This document shows, piece by piece, positions 1 through 11,984 of a stretch of 64,000 nucleotides of DNA (positions are counted from its first letter, which is position 1; the number at the start of each line of letters is the position of its first letter). Source of the stretch: Mobula hypostoma (taxonomy: Eukaryota). The notes under the pieces were generated by a model. The model worked only from the letters and a program-made list of their open reading frames with translations, was not told the origin of the DNA and searched no databases. A program made the position numbers and the translations under genes. Where the stretch lies: assembly GCF_963921235.1 (NCBI RefSeq), contig NC_086108.1:62312001-62376000 (forward strand), written 5' to 3'.

Positions 1-1067
1 GTTCTTAGCCCCTGTTCCACAAACAAGCCAAAAGCTGCTGGAAACAGCTGGCAACAGTTGCCGTTGAAGACCCAGAAGCAAGCTTGTGGCTTCCAGCTGG
101 ATCTAGCCAAAGCTGAGGTTGCAGGGGCGTGGGGGAGAGAGGTGGGCCTGAGAGCTGGAGATCTTTGTGCTATCTAGGCATGTGCGCACTCACAGTGTAC
201 AGTTAGTGGCTGACTCCGAATTTAGGATGTCAGCTGACTTGTTTTTTTATGGAGAGAGTCTCTCTCATGAACTGGAAATTCTTACGGGGGCATTTCCTAC
301 TTGAAGGCCTGGAAAGCATGGCTGTATCACTGTGGCTGAGGCTTGTGCAAGCCCGCTGTTTTCTGACCAAGTCTGTCTCCAGGCTGCCTATATAATTAGA
401 TAAGATTTTCTGGTGAACTGTTACTCACAGAGGCATCGAGCTAATTAGAATCCTGTGCATTTCTCAAGGGCTGCGAAACAGCTGTCATTAAAAGTCATCG
501 CCCCAGGCTGTGGCCTGCGCTTTGAAATGTGACCAGGTGGCTTCTCGTAATCTGGCTGGCCGTATGCCACGGCGGGTGAATCAGATAAAATGATACCTTA
601 AGCAGCAAGATGTCCGAAAATAGTTCTGAGGATAAAATGTGGACACAAGTATTTGGCAATGCCAATAATGGCCCCCGGATTGATTCAGCAGTTACTATTT
701 CATGTCATCAACATATACAGCCCTGAGATTCACTTTATTGTGGGCATATACAGTAAATCCAAGAATCACAATAGAATCAATGAAAGACTACCCCCAACAG
801 AACAGACGAACAACCAATGTGGAAAATACAAAAGAAAAAAAAATCGGCAATAAGTATTGAGTACATGAGTTGAAGTGTCTTTGAAAGTGGATCTGTAGGT
901 TGTGGGAACAGTTCAGTGATGGGGTGAGTAATGCTGAGTAAAGTTATCCCCTCTGTTTCAAGAGGCTGATGGTTGAGGGGTAATAACTGTTCCTGAATCT
1001 GGTGGTATGGGTCCTGAGGCTCCTGTACCTTCCTGATGGCAGCAGCGAGAAGAGAGTATGGTCTAAG

Positions 1068-1100
<33 letters not shown>
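1068..1100. repeat. (TAGA)n(CAGA)n compound microsatellite (LINE tail)
   Basis: Directly visible. Confidence 0.95.
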
Positions 1101-1101
<1 letters not shown>

Positions 1102-2308
1102 TACTTCATTGATCCTGAGGGAAATTGGGTTTCGTTACAGTTGCACCAACCAAAAAATAGAGTATAAATATAGCAATATAAACCATAAATAATTAAATAA
1201 CAATATGTAAGTTATGCTAGATGGAAATAAGTCCAGGACCAGCCTAATGGCTCAGGGTGTCTGACCCTCCAAGGGAGGAGTTGTAAAGTTTGATGGCCAC
1301 AGGCAAAAATGACTTTCTATGACGCTCAGTGTTGCATCTCAGTGAAATGAGTCTCTGGCTGAATGTATTCCTGTGCCCAACCAGTACATTATGTAGCGGA
1401 TGGGAGACATTGTCCAAGATGGCATGCGACTTGGACAGCATCCTCTTTTCAAACACCACTGTCAGAGAGTCCAGTTCCATCCCCACAACATCACTGGCCT
1501 TATGAATGAGTTTGTTGATTCTGTTGGTGTCTGCTACCCTCAGCCTGCTGCCCCAGCACACAACAACAAACATGACAGCACTGGCCACCACCGACTCGTA
1601 GAACATGGTCTGATGTTAAAGGACCTCAGTCTCCTCAGGAAATAGAGATGCTCTGACCCTTCTTATAGACAGCCTCAGTGTTCTTTGACCAGTCCAGTTT
1701 ATTCTCAATTTGTATCCCCAGGTATTTGTAATCCTCCACCATGTCCACACTGACCCCCTGGATGGAAACAGGGGTCACCGGTGCCTTAGCCCTCCTCAGG
1801 TCCACCACCAGCTCCTTAGTCTTTTTCACATTAAGCTGCAGCTAATTCTGCTCACACCATGTGACAAAGTTTCCTACCGTAGCCCTGTACTCAGCCTCAT
1901 CTCCCTTGCTGATGCATCTAACTATGGCAGAGTCATCAGAAAACTTCAGAAGTTGGCAAGACTCTGCGCGGTAGTTGAAATCTGAGGTGTAAATGATGAA
2001 GAGAAAGGGAGACAAGACAGTCCCCTGTGGAGCCCCAGTGCTGCTGACCACTCTGTCTGACACACAGTGTTGCAAGCACACGTACTGTGGTCTGCCAGTC
2101 AGGTAATCAATAATCCATGACACCAGGAGAGCATCCACCTGCATCGCTGTCAGCTTCTCCCTCAGCAGAGCAGGGCAGATGGTGTTGAATGCACTGGTGA
2201 AGTCAAAAAACATGACCCTCACAGTGCTCACTGGCTTGTCCAGGTGGGCGTAGACATGGTTCGGCAGGTAGACGATGGCATCCTCAACTCCTAGTCGGGG
2301 CTGGTAGG
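1069..2308 (-). mobile_element. 5'-truncated Rex1/Babar LINE with (CTAT/CTGT)n tail
   Basis: ORFs 1842-2231 (VRVMFFDFTSAFNTI...STGAPQGTVLSPFLF...KFSDDSAIV), 1635-1829 (KTKELVVDLRR...YKYLG) and 1244-1606. A microsatellite tail lies at 1068-1100, and AAGT occurs at both junctions (1065-1068, 2309-2312). Confidence 0.9.
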
Positions 2309-4540
2309 AAGTGGGAGTCTCTGATGACGGATGCTGCTTTGCTGCAACAGTGCTCCTTGTAGATGAGCTCAGTGGTGGGGAGGGCTTTCCCTGTGCTGAA
2401 TTGGGCTGCTTTTGTAGGATTTTCCATTCAAGGCAATGGTGTTTCCAAACTAGGCTGGGATGCAGCCAGTCAGTACACTCTCCACCACACAGGCGTAGAA
2501 GACTGTCAAAGTTTTAGATGACATGCTGAAACTTAACAAACTTATAAGAAATTAGAGATGCTGCTGTATTTTCTTCATAATAGCACTTACATGCTGATCC
2601 CAGGACAGATCCTCGGAGATGATAACACAGGAATTTAAAGTTGCTGACCCTCTCCATTTCTGATTCCCCAATGAGGACTGGCTCATGGACTTACGATTTC
2701 CTCCTCCTGAAAAGTCAATAATCTGCTCCTCGGTCTTGATGACATTGAATGAGAGGTTTTAGTCGTGGGACCACTCAGCCAGATTTTCAATCTCCCTCCT
2801 AAATGCTGATCCATCACCACCTTTGATTCGGCCAATGACAGTGGAGACACCAACAAACTTAAATATGAGACTAGAGCTGTGCTTAGCCTCACAGTTGTAA
2901 GTATAAAGTGAGTAGAGCAGGGGGCTGAAGACACAGCCTTGTGGTGCACCTGTGCTAAGGAGGTTGTGGATGAGACTTTGCCTATCTGAACAGGCTGGGT
3001 TCTGCAAGTGAAGAGATTGAGTATCCAGTTGCACAAGGAGCTATTGAGGCCCAGGCCTTGAAGCTTATTGACTAGTTTTGAGGGGATGATAATATTGAAT
3101 GCTGTAGTCAATAAAGAGCATCCTGATGTATGCATCTTTGCTGTCCAGATCTTCCAAGGTTGACTGAAGAGCCAATGGAATGGCACCGGTTGCTAACCTG
3201 TTAGGCAAATTGATGTAGATCCAAGTTGCTTCTCAGGCAGGAGTTGATGTTTCATCACCAACCTTGCAAAGCACTGCATCACAGTGGGTGCAAATGCTGC
3301 TGGACGGTAATTATTGAGGCAGGCTGTGGTTTGCTGTTTCAATCAGAACTACTACCATTCAGCCAATCAAATCTTAGGAAGCCTGAGTTCCGCATGTGTG
3401 CAGAGGTCTGAGACTTACTGTAGCTAGTTCTGAGTTCAGCTTGGACCTGTAGGAGTGGGGCAAATCTACCAAAGGCAAAAAAGGGCTGCGTGACCCAGAA
3501 TTCTTTTAATAGTTTAAGACTAAACAAACAGCATAATTAAACTAGATAGAGGAGTTACATAATATGACATATTATAGGAAGCTACTAACATTTATATGAT
3601 ATAAAATATTACAAACTTTTATGTACAAATATTACTTTCATTCTCTATGCCCTACATATCTTTAACTCTTTATTGTAGTTTTTCATTTTACATGTTTAAT
3701 ACTGAATGCAACTCAATCTAGTGATCACTTAAAGGAACTCATCCCCATCTGTTCAAGTGATTAGCTTTGTATTCATTTCCATTACAAGTTGCCCTTTACT
3801 CAAAACAACCGTGTCTGTTTAGCGTTAGATCATTTTGATCATGGTTCTTCCCAGAAATCATTTGAACGAGCATACCCCCACGGGCAGGGTGATCACCTCA
3901 GTTGCAGTTCCCTTGCTAAAGTTTGTTCTGGATTGTGCTCATCTTGTAATACAAATATCATGCTTGTGATAATTTGATTGATGCTCCCTCTCCTTTGACT
4001 GTATTATTTCCATCCTGTTTGCTTGTCATATGTCCGTGAACTGTTCAATGTAGAAATGTTTGACCTTAAGTCTTTAGCACAACCAAATACTTTGGAAAAG
4101 TCTGATTATTGTCCCACTGAGATTTTGCCTCCTGATTCTGAGGCACAGAGACCAGTGTGATTGACCGTCTCAACTTAGTCTAGGTTAGTCCGTTGCCTAA
4201 TCTTGGAAATAGGACTTGGTCCTTTTTAAAAAGCAAAATATGATCTTTTGCCTTTGAGAGAGAATACGTGGCTTTAGTTTAACATATATAAAAGTCAGCA
4301 CCTCTGAGTGTGATGCATTGGAATATCAATCTAGATTTCTGTACTTAGGTTTTTTTTTAAAAGAGTGTGATATAAATTTGCATCCTTCTGATTCAGAATG
4401 AAAAGTGCTACCAACCAACCAACCAACAGTTAACAAACAGTTAAGTCCTTCCTCGTCATGTTTCAGTTATCCGTCAACAGCAAAGCCATCCAAGAGCACA
4501 TTGGAATGGATGGGTTCAGAGATTAAAAATGTCACAAATA

Positions 4541-5060
4541 TGTCCGGACGCTGAAGCAAGGACCCAATCGCAGCTCAAGTACTGTGCGCACTGTGATATT
4601 TACTGAGTAACAAATCCAGAAGGGCAACAAAGTCAGCATCAAAGATCAGGCAGAGATCAAAAATTCCAGAGAAATCCTAAAACCAGAATCAGGAAATGGG
4701 TAGTCGATAATTGGACGGACAGAGTACAGATACAAATGCTGGAAAGGCTCAGGAAAACTCACTGGCACAGTCTGGCAACAAACAAGTGAAAACACAGGAC
4801 TGAAATACACTGAGCAAGAAACAGAGGGGCAGATGATAGGTGGAGCACAATGAGACACCAGTGGCAGCAATACAGGTAATAATGAGAAACAGATGAGAGA
4901 CGGAGTACTCAGTAATACAGGGGCCAGAGTAGAGCAGGAGTTGGGACAGGAGTACATGGGGCATGAAAACAAACAAGAGCACATGGCAATACAAAACCAC
5001 AGACTGACAGCTAGGGGTAAAACACACAAAAAGACAAGAGTTCAACTGGAGGTACTGACA
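4541..5060 (-). repeat. 3' LTR of the sushi-type element
   Basis: 520 bp with TG...CA ends. About 17 differences in the first 130 bp versus 9146-9666. Confidence 0.95.
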
Positions 5061-5063
5061 ATA

Positions 5064-5075
5064 CCCCCCTCCCCC
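5064..5075 (-). promoter_or_regulatory. Polypurine tract
   Basis: Minus-strand GGGGGAGGGGGG, 3 nt before the 3' LTR. Confidence 0.85.
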
Positions 5076-5089
5076 ACCTACGGACACCT

Positions 5090-8000
5090 CCTGGTGAAGC
5101 TGGATGCTGGAGGTGATGAAAGTCCCTGATGAGAGAGGGGTCCAGGATGTTATGAGAAGGGACCCAGCACCTCTCCTCAGGACCGTAGCCCTCCCAGTCC
5201 ACAAGGTAACGGAGGCCATGTCGACGAATATCCAACAGTCGATGCACTCTGAAGGCCTCCGACCCATCGATGAGCCACGGTGCGGGGGGTGGGGTGTGGA
5301 ACAGGACATAGGGAATGGCTCATGAAAGGTTTGATGCGGGACACATGGAAGGTGGGATGAATGCGACGGAGAGCGGAGGGGAGCTTGAGACAGACGGCAG
5401 CAGGGCTGATGACTTTAGCAATGGGAAAGGGGCCGATGAAGTGGGGGGGGGGCAAGCTTGTGGGAATCCACCTTGAGGGGCAGGTCTCAGGTTGAAAGCC
5501 ACACACGCTGTCCCTGGCAGTAAGGTGGGATCTTGGAGTGATGGCAGTCAGTTTGACGCCATTGATCCTAGCAGAAGCACGGAGAAGGGCAGAGCGAGTG
5601 CGCCTGCACATCCGCTGACAATGGTGGATGAATGGCTTGGCAGACGGAACGCCAACCTCCTCCTCCTGGGCAGGAAACAGTGGAGGCTGGTAGCCAAGGC
5701 AGCACTCGAAGGTGGACTGAGCAGTGGATGAGGACTGATGAGATTTTAATGGCGTACTTGACCCAGGGTAGCTGCTGGCTCCACACGGAGGGGTTGTGGG
5801 AGACCAGACACCATAGTACAGTCTCCAGCTGTTGGGTGGCCCACTTGGTCTGGCCATTGGTCTGTGGGTGGAATTCTGAAGACGGACTCAGAGGCACCCA
5901 GAAGATTACAGAATGCCCTCCAGAAGTTGGATGTGAATTGAGAGCCCCTGTCTCACACATCCACAGGTAAACCATGCAATTTAAAAACATGCAGTACTAG
6001 TAATTTGGCTGTTTCTTTGGCAGAGGGGAGTTTAGGTAAAGGAATGAAGTGTACAGACGTGGAGAAACGATCAACTACTGTGAGAATGGTGGTGTTACCA
6101 TCTGATGGGAGAAGACCGGTGACAAAACCCAGGGCAATGTGGGACCAGGGTCTCTCGGGGATAGACAGGGGTTGTAACAGATCAGTGGGTGACCTGTTAG
6201 AATTCTTGCCTTGAGCACAGACAGAGTAAGCAGAGACAAAGTTGGATGCCATCTCTCATAGAGGGCCACCAGAACCACCGACTGATGAAGGCCTGAGTAT
6301 GCTTGGTTCCAGGATGACAGGATAACCGGGAAGAATGACTCCACTGCAATACCTGTGAGTGGACAGAGCTGGGAACATAAACACGGTTAGTGGGGCATTG
6401 ACTAGGGGCTGCCTCGCTCTGTTGAGCAGCTTGCACAATGGATTCAATGTCTCATTGCGCTGCACCCACGAGACAGTGAGCAGGGAGGATGACATCGGGT
6501 ACCTCAGGGGTCTAAGAGAAGGGAAATCTTCTGGAAAGGGCATCAGGTTTTCCATTCTTGGAAATGGAGCGGAAGGACAGAGTACAGGGACCAAGGATCT
6601 TGATGGGAGTTGAGACGCTATGGCTGTACGGATATATTCCAGATTCTTGTGATCAGTGCAGACCAAGAATGGCACCTTGGCTCCCTCCAGCCAATGCCTC
6701 CACTCCTCCAGAGCTAGCTTCACAGCCAGCAGCTGCCGGCTTCCGACATTGTAATTCTACTCCATGGGAGTGAGGCAGTGAGAGAAGGCAGCGCAGGGGT
6801 GTACCTTCTCAACCTTGGCCCAGCGCTGAGAGAGAACAGCTAATGTTAGATGCATCCACTTCCACAATGAACTGCCGGTCGGTGTCGGGTTGAATCAGGA
6901 TGGGGACAGAGGTGAAATGTTCCTTCAGGTTAGAGAACCCTTTTCAGCAGCAGGGGACCAGGAGAATCTGACAGCTGATGAGGTAAGAGCAGTGAATGGT
7001 GCAGCCAGCGTGCTGTAATTTCTGATGAAGCGGCAATAGAAGTTAGCAAAGCCCAAGAAGCATTGCAACTCCCAATGAGTTAAAGGTTGGGGCTTTTCAA
7101 CTACCACCTTGACCTTCTATTGGTCCATCTGAATGGAACCCCCTGAAACTACATACCCCAGGAAGGAGACGGTATTGCGATGAAACTCACAATTCTCAGC
7201 CTTCACAAAGAGCTGGTTCTCCAGAAAGCACTGGAGAACTCAGCGGACGTGACCTGTGTGTTCAACAAAGGACTTAGAAAAAAATCTAAATGTTGTCGAG
7301 ATACACAAAAACAAATTGGTTCGGCATGTCCCTGAGAATGTCATTTACCAGGGCTTGAAAGACGGTGGGGGCATTGGTAAGACGGAATGGTATGACCAGA
7401 TACTCGTAATGGCCTGAAGTGGTGTTGAAGGCTGTCTTCCACTTGTCCCCTTCGCGGTGGCAGACAAGATGGTAGGTGTTATGGAGATCAAGCTTGGTGA
7501 AAACTGAGGCTCCTTGTAGTAGTTCAAATGCCGAGGTCATGAACAGAAGAGGGTAACAGTTCTTAAGTGACTTCATTCAGGCCTCGGAAATCAATACAAG
7601 GACGCAAGGAGCTGTCCTTCTTTCCAGCAAAGAAAAAACCGGCACCAGCAAGGGAGGAAGACTGCTGGATGATGCCTGCAGCCAGAGACTCTTGAATGTA
7701 CTTACTCATGGCCTCCGTTTCAGGTACGGACAGGGAATACAGGCGGCCCCTTGGGAGAGATGTGACAGACAAGAGGTCAATGGCGCAATCATATGGACGA
7801 TGAGGCGGTAGGGAAATAGCCTGCAACTTGCTGAACACAGCCTTGAGGTCCATGTATTCAGCAGGGATGGCACCAAGGTCCGGAAATTCCTCTGGAGGAT
7901 CTGGGCGTGGAGACAAGGGGATCTGAGCGTGGCGGAGGCAGTGGGAGTGACAAAATGGGCTCCAGTCCACAATCTTGCAACTGAGCCAGTCAATGTGGGG

Positions 8001-9129
8001 GTTGTGTTTAGCTAACCAGGGATGGCCCAGGACAATGGGACTTTGAGGAGAGTCAATAACATAAAGGGTTAATTGTTCATGATGGTTGATGGATAAACTG
8101 AGACTCACTGGGGGCTGTGACATGGATGATGTTATCCAGTCTCTGACCGTTCAAGGCATTGGCCATCAATGGTGACTGGAGAGCAGACACAGGTAACCCC
8201 CATTGGGCAGCCATGCTGGAATCGATAAAACACCCCTCCTCACCGGAATCGACCAAGATGGAGACTGCTCGCCGTTGGATGCCCCACACCAGAGAAGCAG
8301 GTATGAAATTGAGTGATGTTGAGGAGGACAGGACAGGGATCACGCTCAACAGTACTCCTCGTCCTACTGGTGAGCACTTGGCTTTTACAGGGCAGGTGGA
8401 GATGAAGTGACCTGGCTGACCACAGTATAGACAGGAGCGGGTGCCAATTCTCCTTTGTCTTTCAGTTGACATCAGGTGGGTATGGTCAACATACATAGCC
8501 TCAGGCTCTGGAATGGGAATTGTAGATGGGGGCAAATGGCAGGGCAATGTAGACTGAGGAGGAGTTTGGAACTCACTCAGTGCCCCTGGGGACCCTCTGG
8601 AACCCCTCCCTCTGCAGCACAGCTGAAGGCAAACATCAGTACAGATGGCCAAATCCACCAGGGCTTCAAAGGTGGCAGGAAGGTCCTGAGTGACCAGCTG
8701 ATCTTCGATGTCTTCAGAGAAAAATGTGTTGCACTGTGCCTCCAAGTTCCAGCCACTGGAGGTGGCTAGGGTCCAGAACTCTATGGCGTAATCTGACACA
8801 GATCTGCGCCCCTGGTGCCTGTGCAGCATTTCACGGGCAGCCTCTCTCCCATGTTTGGAGTGATCAAACACATTTCTCATCTCCTCAGAAAATAACAGAG
8901 ACAGACAAGGCTCTTGGAAGGGAGGAGTAAGCAAGAACACAGAGGGCAGGGTGAAAGATGCAGTTGCAAATTGTTAATGGGCACTTTGGGACAGCTGGAG
9001 TGACTGAGTCTGGGCCCCAAGCAACTCCACTACCCTGAACACAGACTTCAGTTGGTTCTGGTGTCTCCCTAGCATCACTCTGTGTTGTTCCAGGGCAGCT
9101 CTCAGATGACCGGGGTCTGCCAGATCCAT
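5090..9129 (-). pseudogene. Disrupted gag-pol (PEG10/sushi-like gag, PR, RT, RNase H, IN, chromodomain)
   Basis: Starts MDLADPGHLRAALEQH at 9129 and is broken into many ORF pieces by stops and frameshifts. There is an apparent internal gag deletion near 8890. The chromodomain [18 protein letters not shown]...[11 protein letters not shown] lies at about 5110-5247. Confidence 0.92.
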
Positions 9130-9135
9130 TCTGGG

Positions 9136-9145
9136 CAGATTGTAC
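9136..9145 (-). promoter_or_regulatory. Self-priming-type primer-binding site (no tRNA TGG start)
   Basis: Minus-strand GTACAATCTG abuts the 5' LTR and is the exact reverse complement of LTR positions 9371-9380. Confidence 0.75.
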
Positions 9146-9666
9146 TGTCAGGGTGCTGAAGCAGGGACCCAATCACAGACTAAGTACTGTGCATACTGTG
9201 ATATTTACTGAGTAGCAAATCTAGAAGGGCAACAAAGTTAGCGTCAAAGTTCAGGCAGAGAACAGAAATTCCAGACAAATCCAAAAACAAAATTGGGAAA
9301 CGGGCAGAGTCAATATTGAGAGGGATAGAGTTCAGATACAAGTGCTGGACAGGCTCAGGAAAACTCACTGGTACAATCTGGCAACAAAGAGGTGAAAACA
9401 CAGGACTGAAATACACTGAGCAATAAACAGAGAGGCAGATGATAGGTGGAGCACAATGAGACACAGGTGGCAGCAAAACAGGTAATAATGAGAAGTAGGT
9501 GAGAGACGGAGTACTCAGTAGTAGACAGAGCCGGAGTAGAGCAGGAGTGGGGACAGGAGCACATGGGGCATGAAAACAAACAAGAGCACATGGTAATACA
9601 AAACCACAGATTGACGGCTAGGAGGAAAACACACAAAAAGACAGAGTTCAATTGGAGGTACTGACA
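9146..9666 (-). repeat. 5' LTR of the sushi-type element
   Basis: 521 bp, TGTCA...TGACA. On the minus strand it is followed by a 10-nt PBS-position motif and the gag ATG at 9129. Confidence 0.95.
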
Positions 9667-9903
9667 GAATGAGTGTTTCACTAAGCAATAAACTGAAGTG
9701 GAATAGAGTTGGGTAATGTTACCAATGTGAAATAGATGGTCTTATTGCTGATTCATGATCTAAGGGTCATCTTAAGGTCAAATTTTGCACCAAAGCTGAG
9801 AATGATCTGACAGATGGTGTGGGTGTTGAAGCCAGCAGTTATGGTCTTCCCAACAAGAGAATATCTCTATTCATCCAGTACTGAATGTCAAACAAACAGA
9901 GGC

Positions 9904-11054
9904 TGTCATGGTCCGGTCCATGAAGTCTGCACTCCGGTTCACAGTCCGGTCTGTCGATTCCTTATTCTGGGTTTTCCTGTTTTCCCTTGTCCCTTGTCCC
10001 ATTGGGTGCCTTAATCGAGGCACCTGATTCTTGTTTTGGGCTGGCACATAAATACCTCTCAAACCAATGATTCCCTGCTGGACTTTTCCCTTCCCCTTCC
10101 TTCTGAAGCCTTGCGTACATCCCTGTCAAATTCAACCATTGGAGTGAGACTGAAGCCTTGCCATGCCAAGATAAGGAGCTATCTATTGTTGAGTTTGGAA
10201 CTATCTCTTTGTGGGTCCGTGTCAAAGAAGAGTCCTGGCCCTAGGTCCTGTTCCCAAGGAGGGGTCCTGGCTCTGTGTTCCTCTGTTCCAAGTTCCCAGC
10301 CCTGCGGCCAGGAAAGGGTCCCGGCCCTGCGTCCAGGACAGGGTCCCTGCTCCGTACCCAAGAGCCTAACCAAGCCAAGTCCAAGAGCTGAGCCAAACCT
10401 AGTCCAAGAGCCTCGTCCTGCCCTGGAGTACCTTATCCAGTCCACGTCCAAGGCTGTGAGCATCCAGTCCACGTCCAAGGCTCTGAGCGTCCAGTTCACA
10501 TCCAAGGCTCTGAGCGTCCAGTTCATGTTCAAGGCTCTGTGTTCCTGTGTTCCAAGACCAAGTCCAGCCCTGTCCAAATCTGAGCCGTGTCCTCATCTAG
10601 TTCTGGTTCCTCGCCCAGCCCAAGCCACGTCCTGTCCAAGTCAAGGCTTTGTGTTCTTATCCTGTCCATGTGACTCGTCCTGTACAGGAGTTCCATGTCC
10701 AGTCCTGTAGCCACGTCCTGTCCTTGCCAAGATCCTAGTCCCGAGTCCTAGCCTAGACTTGGGTTCTGGTTCCGAGTCAAGACCCAGGTTCCGGGTCCTT
10801 GTCCAGACTCTGGTTCCGGAGATCCCTGTTCCTAGTCCAGGCTCCTTGCTCCTAGTTCCCTGTCCAGGTCCAGTGTTTCTAGTTCAAGTCCTAGCCCAGG
10901 CCCTGAATCCTAGTCTTGTCTAGGGCCTGTGTCCCTGTCCAGCGTCATTTCTTCCTTGCCCACCTTGCTATCTCGATAACCCTAGTCCTGTTCCTGGTAC
11001 TTCAGTGTCTGTGTCTTGCATTTGGGTCCGCTTCCAACATGCCCCCTTGTAACA
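9904..11054 (+). mobile_element. Solo LTR (Gypsy-like, 1151 bp) with internal tandem repeats
   Basis: TGTCA...TAACA ends, flanked by GAGGC/GACGC (5-bp TSD, 1 mismatch). TATA-like CATAAATA at 10047. The 3' motif TTGGGTCC..GCTTC resembles the U5 end of the neighbouring sushi LTR. Confidence 0.8.
10435..10540. repeat. 27-bp minisatellite, about 4 copies
   Basis: Unit ATCCAGTCCACGTCCAAGGCTSTGAGC and variants, repeated head to tail. Confidence 0.92.
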
Positions 11055-11069
11055 GACGCAGCTGTAAGG

Positions 11070-11885
11070 TTGGAAATAGGGATGTTCGCTTCTGCTTGCA
11101 CTATGTTCAGCACCATTTGTGACTCCTTAAAAATATGAAGCAGACTACATCTGGATGCAGCAAGACCTGGACAATATTTGGGTCTGGACTGACACGTTGC
11201 AAGTAACAATCCCACCACACGAGTGCCAGGCAATGGTGAAATCCATCAAGGGAAAGTCCTGCTGTCATCCCCTAACATTCAATGGTGTTAACAACACTGA
11301 ATCCACACTATCAGTTTCCTGGGAGCTGCCACTGACCTTCCAAATGGAGTAGCCTTATACAGAATGTGCGTAAAAGAACAGGGATTTTGATCAAAGCCTT
11401 GGGATTTTGTGGTGATCAACTCACCTCCTAACTCCCCAAAACCTGTCCACCATCTACAAGGCTCAAGTTAGGAGTGTAATGGAATACTCTTTACTTGTAT
11501 AGATGGGTGTAGCTCCAAAAACTCTCAAGAAGCTCAACATACAGTACATGCATAACAACTCCAACTATTCACTCACTCTCCCTCCAGCACACACAGTAGA
11601 ATTCGTCAGTAACACCTACAGGATCCACTGCAGCAACTCCAAACCCACAACCTCTACCAGCTGAAACGCCAAAAGCAGCAAAAGCATGGGAACATTACCA
11701 CGTGAAACTTGTCTTCTAATTTGGAAGTATATTACCATTTCTTAATCATCGTTGGGTCAAAGTCCCTGGCACATTTCGTGTATACTAACACCACAAAGAC
11801 TGAGGTGATTCAAGAAGACATCTTACTGCTTCCTTCTGAAGGACAATTAACTGCAGGCTCAGCCTGTAAAGCCACATGAATAAAT
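11070..11885 (+). mobile_element. Ancient LINE 3' fragment (clade uncertain)
   Basis: RT C-terminal remnant (MQQDLDNIWVWTDTLQVT...CQAM; TIYKAQVRSVMEYS). Related fragments lie at about 59945-60405 (+) and 46570-46960 (-). Confidence 0.7.
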
Positions 11886-11984
11886 GTGCAAATTGACGCT
11901 CTGTTTTTGGATGGTGTAGAGGGACTGCATTTAGGTAAGATGAAAATTAAGGATGGATTCTTAGGTTTGGTGGAAGTACTTTGG

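Larger units (their letters stand above)
690..3330 (-). mobile_element. Old Rex1/Babar-type LINE fragment (RT C-terminal part and 3' UTR), split by a younger Rex1 insertion at 1069-2308
   Basis: Degenerate RT peptides (TAFNIIIPSKLVNKLQGLGLNSSLCNWIL, STGAPQGCVFSPLLYSLYT). The sequence either side of the insert is colinear with the uninterrupted copy at about 26590-26660. Ends are approximate. Confidence 0.8.
4541..9666 (-). mobile_element. Decayed two-LTR Ty3/Gypsy chromovirus (Tf1/sushi group) retrotransposon
   Basis: Two ~520-bp direct repeats bounded by TGTC...TGACA. Internal order is gag (CCHC knuckle CLYCGQPGHFISTC), protease (LVDSG), RT (FVYLDNI), RNase H ([12 protein letters not shown]...TDHKNLEY), integrase ([30 protein letters not shown]) and chromodomain. 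PPT at 5064-5075. The candidate TSD is weak (AAATA vs GAATG). Confidence 0.97.

Noticed and set aside
1..620. Possible enhancer, conserved non-coding element or Tigger remnant
   Set aside because: No diagnostic feature can be established without comparative data.
5090..9129. Domesticated PEG10/RTL-like gene
   Set aside because: Both LTRs are retained, there are many stops and frameshifts, and the RT active site is mutated to YLDN.
4536..9671. 5-bp TSD for the sushi element (AAATA / GAATG)
   Set aside because: Only 3 of 5 positions match. This is compatible with age but is not evidence by itself.
10435..10540. CRISPR-like array
   Set aside because: The units are contiguous with no unique spacers, there are no cas genes, and the context is eukaryotic.
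10036..10710. 224-aa ORF and overlapping antisense ORFs
   Set aside because: They lie inside a solo LTR and arise from 27-bp and low-complexity repeats. No protein motif is recognisable.
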